Of a stretch of 57,102 nt of DNA, positions 9,631 to 19,250 are shown in pieces. Every line of letters starts with the position of its first letter. The stretch's first letter is position 1. This DNA is from an uncultured virus (IMG/VR IMGVR_UViG_643886092_000009). Taxonomy: Duplodnaviria; Heunggongvirae; Uroviricota; Caudoviricetes. A program made the translations under genes and the position numbers. The stretch lies in IMG/VR virus record IMGVR_UViG_643886092_000009; one strand, given 5' to 3'. The notes under the pieces are model-generated. The model was not told the DNA's origin. It worked only from the letters and a program-made list of their open reading frames with translations, and did no database searches.

Positions 9631-10419
9631 ATGAAAGTGATAACGGAAGAGGTAATGGGTACATACCTATCAAACTTTAATAACGATTTCAGACGAGTAA
9701 GGTTAGAGTTACAAATATCAGAATATGAAAAATCAGATTATATTCCAATAGAAAGACTTCTTTATATTTCAGGAGACTATGGGTTAAGTCTTGTAAGATT
9801 ACATTTAGAGAAGAGTTTATCTTTCAAAGATATGGGAGCAAAACTAGGGTTACAAAGTAAACTATTGGAGAAGTATTGTAAAGAGAAGTTCAGTGATTCT
9901 GTTCTACAAGCACATAAACAGAGAGTAGAAAAGAAAGAACTAGAAGAGTTAAGCAAAAAGGTTGGAAGAAGTCGGACATTGAAATCCAATGAAATACCGC
10001 TTCATTTTGATTCGAATGTAAGAACAAGAAGACCGAATACAGTAATTAAGAGTTTAGACGAGGTAAGGGAAGTTGTAAAACCGCTTCTAAGTTATGGAAT
10101 TACAGTGACAGGTATTTGTCGTAATTTTGGTATTGTAGAGTGTGATAAGGCAAAACTGAAAATACCAAAACCAAAAATAGATGTAGAGTTAGCAGACAAG
10201 ATATGGTCAAGTCTGTATAAACAAGTATATAATGACCCTTATTTCTTATATGAGACGTTGGATAGATACAATAAGTTTTCATTATCGGAAGAGGTAAGAA
10301 AGCATTTACACTACTGTATTAAAGACCGAAACAAGAATATCAATCTTTATGTAAGGGGTAAGACGGTAGTAAGAAGTAAGAATAAACGATTAATGGATAA
10401 GAAACCAGTAATTGTATAA
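9631..10419 (+). CDS. Hypothetical protein, possible HTH DNA-binding segment
   Basis: 262 aa; LSFKDMGAKLGL resembles an HTH. Confidence 0.65.
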   Translation: MKVITEEVMGTYLSNFNNDFRRVRLELQISEYEKSDYIPIERLLYISGDYGLSLVRLHLEKSLSFKDMGAKLGLQSKLLEKYCKEKFSDSVLQAHKQRVEKKELEELSKKVGRSRTLKSNEIPLHFDSNVRTRRPNTVIKSLDEVREVVKPLLSYGITVTGICRNFGIVECDKAKLKIPKPKIDVELADKIWSSLYKQVYNDPYFLYETLDRYNKFSLSEEVRKHLHYCIKDRNKNINLYVRGKTVVRSKNKRLMDKKPVIV

Positions 10420-10441
10420 AATACAGGGAGGTTTTTTACAA

Positions 10442-11074
10442 ATGGATTTAACACAAGCGAAAGAACGAGTACGTTCAGATATTCATAATGGAAATTTAGT
10501 GTCAGAACTAGAAAATCATGAGTCACAACAAGAGATTCAATTATTTTTAGAAGGTGTAAAACCAGCATTACTACTTAGAAACAAAGGTCAAATTGTAGAG
10601 AGTTTAGTAACTCATTTCCCTTCGGTATCCTTTCCACACCGATTCGGTCAAGTGTTAATCTTCCAAAACGGGGAAGACTTAAAGCAATTCATTTTAAACG
10701 GAACATTCATTAGAGTAGAAAAGCCGATTCTAGACTACAAAACAAGTGAACTCGGTTCAGTTTTAGGGTATCCTCCAAACGCTTGTGAAGTGTTTAAGTT
10801 AAATGGGTTAAAAGAGAACATTGCAAAATCAACAGGTAAAGACCCAATAGATATGATTGAATTATATCCAGTAGACTATCATGGTATCAAGTTCTTTACA
10901 AGTTTAGACCACTTTGAAGAAGATATTGAGTGGTTACTCGCAAAAAGACCAGTACCAACTCATTTAGAAACGGTTATTACAATCGAATTAGATAAACCAA
11001 ACGGTAAGCGTTTAGTTGTAAAGTATGAAGACTTCGATTTACATTATGCGAAAGAGTTAGAGCAATCATGCTAA
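10442..11074 (+). CDS. Hypothetical protein, paralog of 11068
   Basis: ATG at 10442 after gggagg; LF..G+KPAL, LG+PP.ACEV, YHG+.F and EWLL...PVP motifs shared with the next ORF. Confidence 0.8.
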   Translation: MDLTQAKERVRSDIHNGNLVSELENHESQQEIQLFLEGVKPALLLRNKGQIVESLVTHFPSVSFPHRFGQVLIFQNGEDLKQFILNGTFIRVEKPILDYKTSELGSVLGYPPNACEVFKLNGLKENIAKSTGKDPIDMIELYPVDYHGIKFFTSLDHFEEDIEWLLAKRPVPTHLETVITIELDKPNGKRLVVKYEDFDLHYAKELEQSC

Positions 11075-11688
11075 CAACAAGGGAAGACCTGTTAAACGAG
11101 TTAAGAAAGCTGAATGCAGAAAATAAAGTATTACTATTCGTAGCAGGGATAAAACCCGCATTAACAAGTACAAGATGGAGTTCTGTAAGGGAACTTCTAG
11201 AAGCAAACTTTCCTTTTATTCCTTTAAAGCAGAAAAGAACAGGTAAAATTAATATGAACTTGTATTTTCAAACTGAGGAACAAAAAGAAAGATTCGTGAG
11301 AGAGTGTACAGATGATGGAAGATTTACATGTCATATCAAACTAGGTTTAGAGTTAGGTTTTCCACCTTTCGCTTGTGAAGTAGTAGGTAAGAATATAAAC
11401 CTAAAAGATGATGTACATGAGAAGTATAAGGACTATGGCGAACATTGGCTTGCTCATAATGATTCTGTTCTAAACCAAGAGTTAGAAGAACGAGGTTATA
11501 TAAAAGACACGATTGGAATCAATTATCACGGTGTACAATTTGGAATGGAAAGAGGAACAGCAAAAGAAACCTATGAGTGGTTACTGGAAAACATGCCAGT
11601 TCCTTCTAACCTACAAACAGTTGTAATCGTAAAGGATAACTTTACATTTAAAAAGATAGAGCAGTATATACAAGAAAACGAGGTGTAG
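11068..11688 (+). CDS. Hypothetical protein, paralog of 10442
   Basis: Same conserved blocks; overlaps the upstream stop. Confidence 0.8.
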   Translation: MLTTREDLLNELRKLNAENKVLLFVAGIKPALTSTRWSSVRELLEANFPFIPLKQKRTGKINMNLYFQTEEQKERFVRECTDDGRFTCHIKLGLELGFPPFACEVVGKNINLKDDVHEKYKDYGEHWLAHNDSVLNQELEERGYIKDTIGINYHGVQFGMERGTAKETYEWLLENMPVPSNLQTVVIVKDNFTFKKIEQYIQENEV

Positions 11689-11691
11689 TAA

Positions 11692-12657
11692 ATGTTAGTA
11701 TCTGAAATGAAACACACAGAGGGGTATCAGTTCAATGAATTGACTTTAGCTTTAGTTCCAAACAACTGTTTCTCATGTGGTTCACCTTTAAAAATCAACC
11801 CTGTATTAACACATCTAACTTGTAGTAATCCTAGATGTATTGATAAGATTACGTTACGAACAGTAGCGATGTTTACTCAATTAGGGGTAGTTGATATTGG
11901 AGAACCTACAATCAAGAAACTGATTCGAATTTTTGGTATTGATTGTCCGTTAATCTTTTTCTGTTATGAACCGTCAGATTGGCAGTCAGTTTCCTATGAA
12001 AATTACAATGAGTCATTAAAGCGTAAGATAGACGATGTATACGGTCAGTTAGCAAATAAGCGTGATATGACTTTAACACAATTTATTCAAATTGCAAACC
12101 TACCTAACGTACAGACAAGTGCTGATAAACTGTTTGAAGATATCAATACTTTAGATGAGTTTTATGAGCAACTAGAATCAGGTGGGGTAGCATATATTCA
12201 GAAGAAGTTAGGGATTCAAAGAGAAAACTCTTTAAAGAGCTATAAACTGTATGAAACATTTTTAGAGTATAAGAAAGATTTGCAATCCGTGTTAAGTACA
12301 GGCTTCATTAATATCATTGCAGACACAAGAGCAGATATTAGAATTAAAGCAGTATGCACAGACGAGGTAGGCGCACCGTTCAGAAAGAAAGCAGAGTTCT
12401 ACACGTACATGGATGAGAACTTTGGTGATAAAATTTATATAGACTGGGGTAAATCAGCAACAAAATCAATGGATGTATTAATTTGGGCAGGGGCAGATGG
12501 AACACCTGCAAGATATACAAACAAGGTTCAGAAAGCAGAGAACTGGAATGAGCAAGGAGAAGGGATTCCAATTCTTACAGCGAATCAGTTCATTGAAATC
12601 GTACAAGGAAGTGCAAACGGTCAATCTGTATTAGATACGCTAGAGAGTTTAGGTTAA
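11692..12657 (+). CDS. NAD-dependent DNA ligase C-terminal-like protein (C4 Zn finger, HhH, BRCT), with no adenylation domain
   Basis: PNNCFSCGSPL...LTCSNPRC; LGVVDIGEPTIKKL HhH; BRCT-like SATKSMDVLI...NKVQKAE...GIPILT; no KxDG motif. Confidence 0.7.
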   Translation: MLVSEMKHTEGYQFNELTLALVPNNCFSCGSPLKINPVLTHLTCSNPRCIDKITLRTVAMFTQLGVVDIGEPTIKKLIRIFGIDCPLIFFCYEPSDWQSVSYENYNESLKRKIDDVYGQLANKRDMTLTQFIQIANLPNVQTSADKLFEDINTLDEFYEQLESGGVAYIQKKLGIQRENSLKSYKLYETFLEYKKDLQSVLSTGFINIIADTRADIRIKAVCTDEVGAPFRKKAEFYTYMDENFGDKIYIDWGKSATKSMDVLIWAGADGTPARYTNKVQKAENWNEQGEGIPILTANQFIEIVQGSANGQSVLDTLESLG

Positions 12658-12719
12658 ACTATTAAATAAAAATATTTTAATAAAACGTTCTAGTATAAAT
12701 TGAAAATAAATAGTATAAT

Positions 12720-12757
12720 AAGAAGGGGTAGGGTAGTTTTTCGCTCCTTCTTATTTT
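12720..12757 (+). terminator. Possible intrinsic terminator
   Basis: aagaagggg...ctccttctt followed by atttt. Confidence 0.5.
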
Positions 12758-13074
12758 CATAAGAAAGTAAAACACAAACTTTCTCACATTTTGTAAACTA
12801 TGATTTTTCCTCATTACAAACACCATTTAAAATCTTTAAACTACTAGGTACAAATAGTAAGCTACTTCGAAAAATTTAAGTAACTATAAGCGAACCATTG
12901 AGTGTACATGCTCACAAAAAGATAATTAAATTTTTCTTAACTGAAAATAAAGAATAGCTTTTTTATTTGTAAACAAGTAAGTGTAAAGAAAGAACAACCA
13001 TCAAAATAATATCCACATTTTATACATAAACGCTTCAAAACAAGAAGAAATAAGAGGATAAAGGGGAGATAAAC

Positions 13075-14253
13075 ATGACAGTAAACAGTAATTTTACAAT
13101 TGAAGACAGTTATTTGGGGTATGAGAAAACGTTACCATCAAAGTTAAAAGTAGGTCAAGCAGTAAAACAACTAGATAAGAAAATCAGAATTGACGGAGTA
13201 GTAATGAAACAAAAGATGTTTATCCTTACTTTACTTCAAAAAGGATTTAAACCTAAATTTGTAGAGAATTACACATATGTAATGAAGAACGGTGAATACT
13301 CCAAACCAAAAGATTCCTATCAAATGGAACATGAAGATTTATCATTCTACGAAATCAATAAAACACTATTTGACTATGCAAACTACTTAGTAGATAATGC
13401 ATTAATCAGTCCAACAATCGCAGAGGGGTATATTGAGACGGAACGTGCAGAAGTACAATTAGGTATTGAAAGAGAAAAACATGAAGAAGAACAGAAGAAA
13501 AAGGAAGAAGACCTTGCTAAAGAAAAAGAGAAACAAGAATTAGAAGAACGTAAGAAATTACGTTACAGTAAAGGTTTGAAAATATATTCTAGGAAAGCAG
13601 ATTCAATTGTACGAAACGAGGTAACTCGTGTCATGAAATTCTTTGCAGACGAGGGGTATATTAACGATGATGCGTTAGCAAAAACTGAATATGTATATCA
13701 AAACGTGAAGAATAGAGTGGTTTCTACATTAGCAGATTGGAGCAGTATTTTATCCGCTTTAGAACATGCTATTGAAAGACATAGGTCAGGAAAATTTAAC
13801 CTTGACTATATAGATACTAACGTGTATATGATGTATAAAGTATTAGTAAAACTAATAGACGTAGATTTAGATGGAACAGACCGTGACTTACGTAATAAAG
13901 TAAAACTATTTATTACAAAACCGAATATCGTTACAAAAGGAAATCGTCCTTTGTCTGAGATTTTAATAGATGAAAACAACCTTGGAAGTAAAGAGAAACT
14001 ACTAGAATTAGCTTCTCAAATGACAATATCTGATTTAAACACAAGTGGTCATATCTATTTAACATATCATAGAGAAACTGGTGAGTCTGATATTTACGGT
14101 GAAAGTGATATACCATCAACTCATGTGAAAGTAGAAGACGTATCCGTTAAATTACAACATGTATTCCATAGAATGCCTGATGTGAGTAAAGCAAAACCTG
14201 ATTGGAATTTAATATTCTACTATTTAGATAGTAACTTAGAGGATGTTCAATAA
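13075..14253 (+). CDS. Hypothetical protein with a coiled coil and C-terminal family B domain
   Basis: RBS gggggag; C-terminal ILIDENNLGS...HIYL...KVED shared with 14253 and 22025. Confidence 0.8.
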   Translation: MTVNSNFTIEDSYLGYEKTLPSKLKVGQAVKQLDKKIRIDGVVMKQKMFILTLLQKGFKPKFVENYTYVMKNGEYSKPKDSYQMEHEDLSFYEINKTLFDYANYLVDNALISPTIAEGYIETERAEVQLGIEREKHEEEQKKKEEDLAKEKEKQELEERKKLRYSKGLKIYSRKADSIVRNEVTRVMKFFADEGYINDDALAKTEYVYQNVKNRVVSTLADWSSILSALEHAIERHRSGKFNLDYIDTNVYMMYKVLVKLIDVDLDGTDRDLRNKVKLFITKPNIVTKGNRPLSEILIDENNLGSKEKLLELASQMTISDLNTSGHIYLTYHRETGESDIYGESDIPSTHVKVEDVSVKLQHVFHRMPDVSKAKPDWNLIFYYLDSNLEDVQ

Positions 14254-15008
14254 TGGCAACAATTTCGAGTAATAGTAACCAAGTAGAAGTACCTGTAGCA
14301 AAAGAAGAGAAATTACAAATTGTTAGGAAGTATAATAGTTCTATACGGTACACAGACAAGTTAGATAATACAATAACCGCTACTGTTTATCGAGTATATA
14401 ATGATGTTTCCTATCAAGACAAGAAAAGATTAAAAGACCTTGATATTACACAATTACATGGGTTTGTAAAAGATAGTATGCATCAAGTATTAGTAGACGA
14501 AGAAAGTATTCTCAATACAATACTACGTGCAAAACAGTTAGACAAGCTAGGTAAATTGAATGTACAGGAGTTAAAACTGAAAACTTTCATCAAGTACAAG
14601 GCTCTCATAGATTATTTAGGGGTAGACTTGAGTCTGTCTCAGATAGAGTTAAAAACAATTGTCAAACGGATTGTTAGTTTAGATAATTACTATGTTGGGA
14701 ATGTAAGACCTACATCTATGATTCTATTAGATGATGAGAATTTTGGTTCTGTAGAAAGTCTAGTAAACTATTTAAAAGATTTTGCATCAAAATCAGTATC
14801 ATCAGACCATATATTACTAATGGAAAATCCGTTTAGTAAGGTAAGAGAACCTTATGTAGAATCTCAAGCACCTTATGGTTGGGTTAAACTAGAAGATATT
14901 ACAATGAAGATTATAAAGATATTCCAAGTAACGGAATTAACTTACAAAGACCTTGATGTAGAGTTATTTCTAGGTTACATTGATGGGGTATTATCGTTAG
15001 AAAGTTAA
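14253..15008 (+). CDS. Hypothetical protein with family B domain
   Basis: ILLDDENFGS...HILL...KLEDIT. Confidence 0.8.
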   Translation: MATISSNSNQVEVPVAKEEKLQIVRKYNSSIRYTDKLDNTITATVYRVYNDVSYQDKKRLKDLDITQLHGFVKDSMHQVLVDEESILNTILRAKQLDKLGKLNVQELKLKTFIKYKALIDYLGVDLSLSQIELKTIVKRIVSLDNYYVGNVRPTSMILLDDENFGSVESLVNYLKDFASKSVSSDHILLMENPFSKVREPYVESQAPYGWVKLEDITMKIIKIFQVTELTYKDLDVELFLGYIDGVLSLES

Positions 15009-15029
15009 GACTACTTAGGTAGTCTTTTT
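15007..15029 (+). terminator. Intrinsic terminator
   Basis: aagactac-ttag-gtagtctt-ttt. Confidence 0.7.
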
Positions 15030-15082
15030 CTTATGGAAACTTTTTATTTATAAGACAAACTACATAGAGAAAAGAATAATAG

Positions 15083-15111
15083 TTGACAAATCAATGATTT
15101 TATGGTATAAT
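15083..15111 (+). promoter_or_regulatory. Sigma-A consensus promoter
   Basis: TTGACA-17-TATAAT. Confidence 0.9.
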
Positions 15112-15143
15112 AGAAGTGTAAGTTAAAGCAGGAGGTTATAGAT

Positions 15144-16424
15144 ATGTGTAAATCAAACGAGTGTAAAGTTATTAGTTGTAAAGGTAGAGTAGTAAATAAA
15201 GAATATTGTCGTAAACATTTAAAGGCATTACTAGACGGTACATTAGAGTGCAAAGTTTCAGATTGTAATAGAGAAATGTTATATGATGGATATTGTGGCA
15301 AACATCATATGCAATGGAGAAGGTATGATAGAGTCTTTACAGATTTAGAATTTAAAGAGATAAAACCAAATTTATTTTGTAAAGTAGACGGATGTTTAAG
15401 CAAACGCAACTCAGGAGGATATTGCGAAGAGCATGGGTATGTTAAATTAGATGAGAAATTTAAGGATAAATGTAAAGAAAAGGGATGTTCAAGTAAGTCT
15501 GTTGAAGGAGACTTATGTATTGAGCATTATATAGAAAAGAAAAAGTTAAACTTAAAAGATACAGTAACTCCTTATGATAAAGGAGAAGACCGTACAGGAA
15601 CAATGTGTAAAATTGTGTATTGTTGTAATGGACAGGAGATAGATGGTTACTGTGGAAAACATGCTATTCTTATTAGTCTAGGTAAACTTGAAGAGGAAAT
15701 GTCAAGACGAGGGACAGTGAAATGCAAAGTAGATGGTTGTGAATCGTGGGTTAAAAATGGAACTCTTTGTCCTATGCATAAAGCACATATGAAGAGATAT
15801 GGTAGAGTATTAACAAAAGAAGAACATAAGCAGAAAACACCTAAGGCATATTGTAGAGCAGAAGGTTGTTATGTAAGAGAACCTAAAGGTCGTTATTGTG
15901 AAGACCATCAAGATATTGGAATGAAAGAATTAAAGACTTCAAAAATAAAAGATAATCTTTGTCTTCATGAAAACTGTAAAAGAAAAGTATTTATTAATAA
16001 TATATGTACAACTCATTATATAAAAGACGAGGGTGAAATCAGCTTAAACGGAGTATCAACTCCTTATGATAAAGGAGAAGACCGTACAGGAACAATGTGT
16101 AAAATTGTGTATTGTTGTAATGGACAGGAGATAGATGGTTACTGTACAAAGCACGCGATTTTAATCCATGCAAATAAGTTAGAGTCTGAAATGAAACGAA
16201 TTGGAAGAGTAAAGTGTAAAATAGACGATTGTATACAATGGTCTAAAACGGACGGTTTATGTGCTAGACACAAAAACCAAGAAAGGAGATATGGTAAAGC
16301 TCTAACAGACAAAGAGTTTAAAGAAAAGAAACCTCATTTATTTTGTAATATAGATGGTTGTTTAAACCGTAAGGCAGAAGGTAAATATTGTGAAGAACAT
16401 CATCAACTAACAAAAATAAACTGA
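15144..16424 (+). CDS. Tandem CCCH putative zinc-finger protein (11 units)
   Basis: 11 copies of C-x4-C-x9-C-x2-H; RBS aggagg. Confidence 0.85.
   Translation: MCKSNECKVISCKGRVVNKEYCRKHLKALLDGTLECKVSDCNREMLYDGYCGKHHMQWRRYDRVFTDLEFKEIKPNLFCKVDGCLSKRNSGGYCEEHGYVKLDEKFKDKCKEKGCSSKSVEGDLCIEHYIEKKKLNLKDTVTPYDKGEDRTGTMCKIVYCCNGQEIDGYCGKHAILISLGKLEEEMSRRGTVKCKVDGCESWVKNGTLCPMHKAHMKRYGRVLTKEEHKQKTPKAYCRAEGCYVREPKGRYCEDHQDIGMKELKTSKIKDNLCLHENCKRKVFINNICTTHYIKDEGEISLNGVSTPYDKGEDRTGTMCKIVYCCNGQEIDGYCTKHAILIHANKLESEMKRIGRVKCKIDDCIQWSKTDGLCARHKNQERRYGKALTDKEFKEKKPHLFCNIDGCLNRKAEGKYCEEHHQLTKIN
15566..16145 (+). repeat. 88-bp perfect direct repeat (15566-15653 and 16058-16145)
   Basis: aactccttatgataaaggag...gatggttactgt is identical in both copies, 492 bp apart and in frame. 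Confidence 0.95.
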
Positions 16425-16468
16425 AAGCTATACAAAAGAAACTAAAAAGTAAACAATAACGGATAAAT

Positions 16469-16505
16469 AAAACAGGTTCTTACAAAAGACCTGTTTTTAT
16501 TTTTT
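16469..16505 (+). terminator. Intrinsic terminator (possibly bidirectional)
   Basis: aaaacaggt...acctgtttt then tattttt. Confidence 0.7.
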
Positions 16506-16528
16506 GTTCAAAGGTGGGGTATTTAGAC

Positions 16529-17032
16529 ATGAAACTATGTAAAGAAGAAACTTGTTCAAATAGGCATTATAGTAAAGGTTATTGTAGAAAACATTATATG
16601 AAATTTGAATATGGAAAGAAACCTTGTAAAATAAAAGGGTGTCCAAACAAGGTACATGCAAAAGGGTATTGTGACTCACATTATAAAGAACTTATCTATT
16701 TGAAAGGTAAAACTTGCAAGATAGAAGGATGCAACAAACCGTATCATGGGAAAGGTTTTTGTACCAATCATTACTATGAGTATAGAGTACATAGTAGTAA
16801 AGAAAAAGAAGTTAGACTTTGTAGTATAGAAGGTTGTACAGATAAGCATTACGGGAAGGGGTATTGCTCTAAACACTATCGAATGAATCGAAAGACTGGT
16901 AGTCCAATTAGTCCTTCTGAGAAAATACGAAACCAAGGTTGTTCTATAGAAGGGTGTGATAATGAACATAGAGCAAAAGGGTATTGTTCGAAACATTATC
17001 AGTATTACCACAAGAAGGGTTTAATTCAGTAG
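16529..17032 (+). CDS. Tandem CCCH zinc-finger protein (5 units)
   Basis: ATG at 16529 after aaggtgggg; five CxxxGC...KG(Y/F)CxxHY-type units. Confidence 0.85.
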   Translation: MKLCKEETCSNRHYSKGYCRKHYMKFEYGKKPCKIKGCPNKVHAKGYCDSHYKELIYLKGKTCKIEGCNKPYHGKGFCTNHYYEYRVHSSKEKEVRLCSIEGCTDKHYGKGYCSKHYRMNRKTGSPISPSEKIRNQGCSIEGCDNEHRAKGYCSKHYQYYHKKGLIQ

Positions 17033-17057
17033 ACTTATACGTTATGTATCTATACAC

Positions 17058-17086
17058 TTGACAAATTGAGAAATCTATGTTATAAT
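17058..17086 (+). promoter_or_regulatory. Sigma-A consensus promoter
   Basis: TTGACA-17-TATAAT. Confidence 0.9.
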
Positions 17087-17116
17087 AGTAAGTATAAAGA
17101 GTGGAGGACAAAGGGT

Positions 17117-17461
17117 ATGTGTCAGTCAAAACAATGTAAAGTAGAGGGATGCGAAAACAAGAAGAAAGCAAGAGGGTTATGCAACAAACATTATACAAGG
17201 TTTAGCAGATATGGTACACATAAACTATTACATGAAGTAGTGAGTGTGAAAGGGAAACCATGTGAAGTAAACGGGTGTAAAGAAACGCAAAAAGCAAAAG
17301 GGTTATGTAACTATCATTATTTTGAAGAATGGAAGAGAAAGAAAACAAAGGTCTGTTCTATAAACAAATGTTCTTCAAAGGAGTATACAAAAGGGTTATG
17401 TCAAAATCATTATATGCGTCAAAGAGACGAAAAGATAGAGAAACTAGAGAAACTGGGGTAA
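17117..17461 (+). CDS. Tandem CCCH zinc-finger protein (3 units)
   Basis: ATG at 17117 after ggagg; the tracked start at 17066 lies inside the promoter. Confidence 0.85.
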   Translation: MCQSKQCKVEGCENKKKARGLCNKHYTRFSRYGTHKLLHEVVSVKGKPCEVNGCKETQKAKGLCNYHYFEEWKRKKTKVCSINKCSSKEYTKGLCQNHYMRQRDEKIEKLEKLG

Positions 17462-17467
17462 GATGGT

Positions 17468-17608
17468 ATGAAAGAAAGAGAATTAGACTTCTATTCATTA
17501 ATGGAAGGAAAGAAGCAACTAGCACAAGAAATGGCTAACTTGATGAAGAGTGGCTACACAGAGTCACAAGTTATTGATTTAGTTTTAAAAATGTATGGAA
17601 ATCAATAA
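17468..17608 (+). CDS. Small helical protein (46 aa), not in the ORF track
   Basis: MKERELDFYSLMEGKKQLAQEMANLMKSGYTESQVIDLVLKMYGNQ; ggggt upstream; fills the gap in the operon. Confidence 0.65.
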   Translation: MKERELDFYSLMEGKKQLAQEMANLMKSGYTESQVIDLVLKMYGNQ

Positions 17609-17650
17609 ACAAGAGTAGAAACTATTTAGAATCGAAGTGGGGTAGTAATT

Positions 17651-18556
17651 ATGTGTACAGAAAACAAACAATGTAAAGCAAAGAATTGTCAGAAACGAGA
17701 ATTAAGAGAAGGATTCTGTAAAGTACATTTAATTCAATTTCTAAATGGAGAAGAGATTGAAATCGGTACAAACGAATGTATTATTGAAGACTGTAATTTA
17801 GAAGCCGTAACAGCAGTTGGTTACTGTCATACACATAAGAACCAAGCATACAGATGGGGTAGAGCCTATTCAGAAAAAGAGTTAAAAGAGGTCAAACCAC
17901 ATCTATTCTGTAAGGAATCAGGTTGTATCAACAGAAGAAAAACTGGTGGTTATTGTGAAGAACATAAACATCTAGTAAAAGACGATAAGTTAAAGTGTAG
18001 TGAACCAAAATGTAAGCACAAAGTCTTTAAAGATGGAATTTGTAGACAACATTATATTGAGAAACTAGATTTTTCACAATTAAAAGGTGTTGTTACACCT
18101 TTTGACAAAGAAACAGTTCGAAACGATGATTGGTGTCGTATTAAAAATTGTAAAAATGATGCGAAATATGAAGGGTACTGTTTTTTACATGGTAGACTCA
18201 TTTTAGACGGAGAGTTGGATGAGTACATGACAGACAATGGTTCAAAACTATGTACGGTATCAGACTGTGACGAGATTGTAAAAGGAAAAGGTTTATGCCA
18301 TAGACATTATCAACAATTTAATAAATATGGTAAAGCTTTTACGAACGAAGAACACAAGAAGATTGTACCTCAGTTTTATTGTATTGAAGACGGTTGTTCA
18401 GAAAAGAGAGAACTCGTTCAGTATTGCGGGGTACATGCAGTAAAACATAAAAATGATACCGAAGCACAATGTTTCGAACCAAGATGTAGAGATAACATAT
18501 TTAAAGACGGTAAATGTGCGATACATTACTATGATAGTCAAAGACGAGGTGAATAA
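17651..18556 (+). CDS. Tandem CCCH zinc-finger protein (8 units), paralog of 15144
   Basis: Eight units; shares the KPHLFC and VTP(F/Y)DK linkers with 15144. Confidence 0.85.
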   Translation: MCTENKQCKAKNCQKRELREGFCKVHLIQFLNGEEIEIGTNECIIEDCNLEAVTAVGYCHTHKNQAYRWGRAYSEKELKEVKPHLFCKESGCINRRKTGGYCEEHKHLVKDDKLKCSEPKCKHKVFKDGICRQHYIEKLDFSQLKGVVTPFDKETVRNDDWCRIKNCKNDAKYEGYCFLHGRLILDGELDEYMTDNGSKLCTVSDCDEIVKGKGLCHRHYQQFNKYGKAFTNEEHKKIVPQFYCIEDGCSEKRELVQYCGVHAVKHKNDTEAQCFEPRCRDNIFKDGKCAIHYYDSQRRGE

Positions 18557-18557
18557 T

Positions 18558-19160
18558 ATGTTACAAAATAAATTAGGTATAACAGACCAAATTGAGTTAG
18601 CTAGGGAAGAGGAACGTATAAGTAAGTTAAAAGCAAAAACTTTATATGATAGTGGGAAAATAGATAAAATAGAAATTGGGACATTTAAAGGTTTATCAGA
18701 CATTCATAGATGTCTGTTTGAAGATATTTATGATTTTGCAGGAGAACAAAGAAAAGTAAATATTTCAAAAGGTAACTTTAGATTTGCCCCTGTTATGTAT
18801 TTAAGTGTAGCCTTAGACTATATAGATAAAATGCCTCAAACAACATATGATGAAATAATTGCAAAGTATGTAGAAATGAACGTTGCTCATCCTTTTAGAG
18901 AAGGTAATGGCAGAAGTATGCGTATTTGGTTAGATTTAATTTTAAAGAAAGAAATACAAAAGGTAGTAGATTGGAACTTAGTAGAGAAAGAAGCCTATTT
19001 GTCAGCAATGGAACGTAGTCCAGTCAACGATTTAGAAATTAGATATCTATTAAAACAAGCATTAACAGATGATATTCAGAATAGAGACGTATTCATGAAA
19101 GGTATTGACGTAAGTTATTACTATGAAGGGTATACTGAATACAATACAGACGAGTTATAA
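18558..19160 (+). CDS. fic: Class III Fic-domain protein adenylyltransferase
   Basis: [12 protein letters not shown] active-site motif; C-terminal inhibitory SYYYEG (S/T-xxx-E-G); ATG at 18558 after gaggtg. Confidence 0.92.
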   Translation: MLQNKLGITDQIELAREEERISKLKAKTLYDSGKIDKIEIGTFKGLSDIHRCLFEDIYDFAGEQRKVNISKGNFRFAPVMYLSVALDYIDKMPQTTYDEIIAKYVEMNVAHPFREGNGRSMRIWLDLILKKEIQKVVDWNLVEKEAYLSAMERSPVNDLEIRYLLKQALTDDIQNRDVFMKGIDVSYYYEGYTEYNTDEL

Positions 19161-19250
19161 GAAAGATACCTCTAGAGAAAATTAGGGGTATTCTCTATGT
19201 AAATATACAACAAGAATATAAAGTATAAACGTATTAGGAAGATAAAGTAG

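Noticed and set aside
15566..16145. Diversity-generating retroelement TR/VR pair
   Set aside because: The two 88-bp copies are identical with no adenine-specific mismatches, both are coding, and there is no reverse transcriptase in the window
17329..17538. Tracked 69-aa + ORF (also 8522, 47700 and 48968)
   Set aside because: Out-of-frame overlaps with better-supported genes; the likely real small gene here is 17468-17608
17468..17608. Small ORF as a VbhA-type Fic antitoxin
   Set aside because: YSLMEG does not fit (S/T)xxxE(G/N) spacing, it is not adjacent to fic, and this Fic already has its own C-terminal inhibitory motif
18453..18557. Tracked N-terminal extension of Fic
   Set aside because: It overlaps the finger gene by over 100 nt; the RBS gaggtg supports ATG 18558
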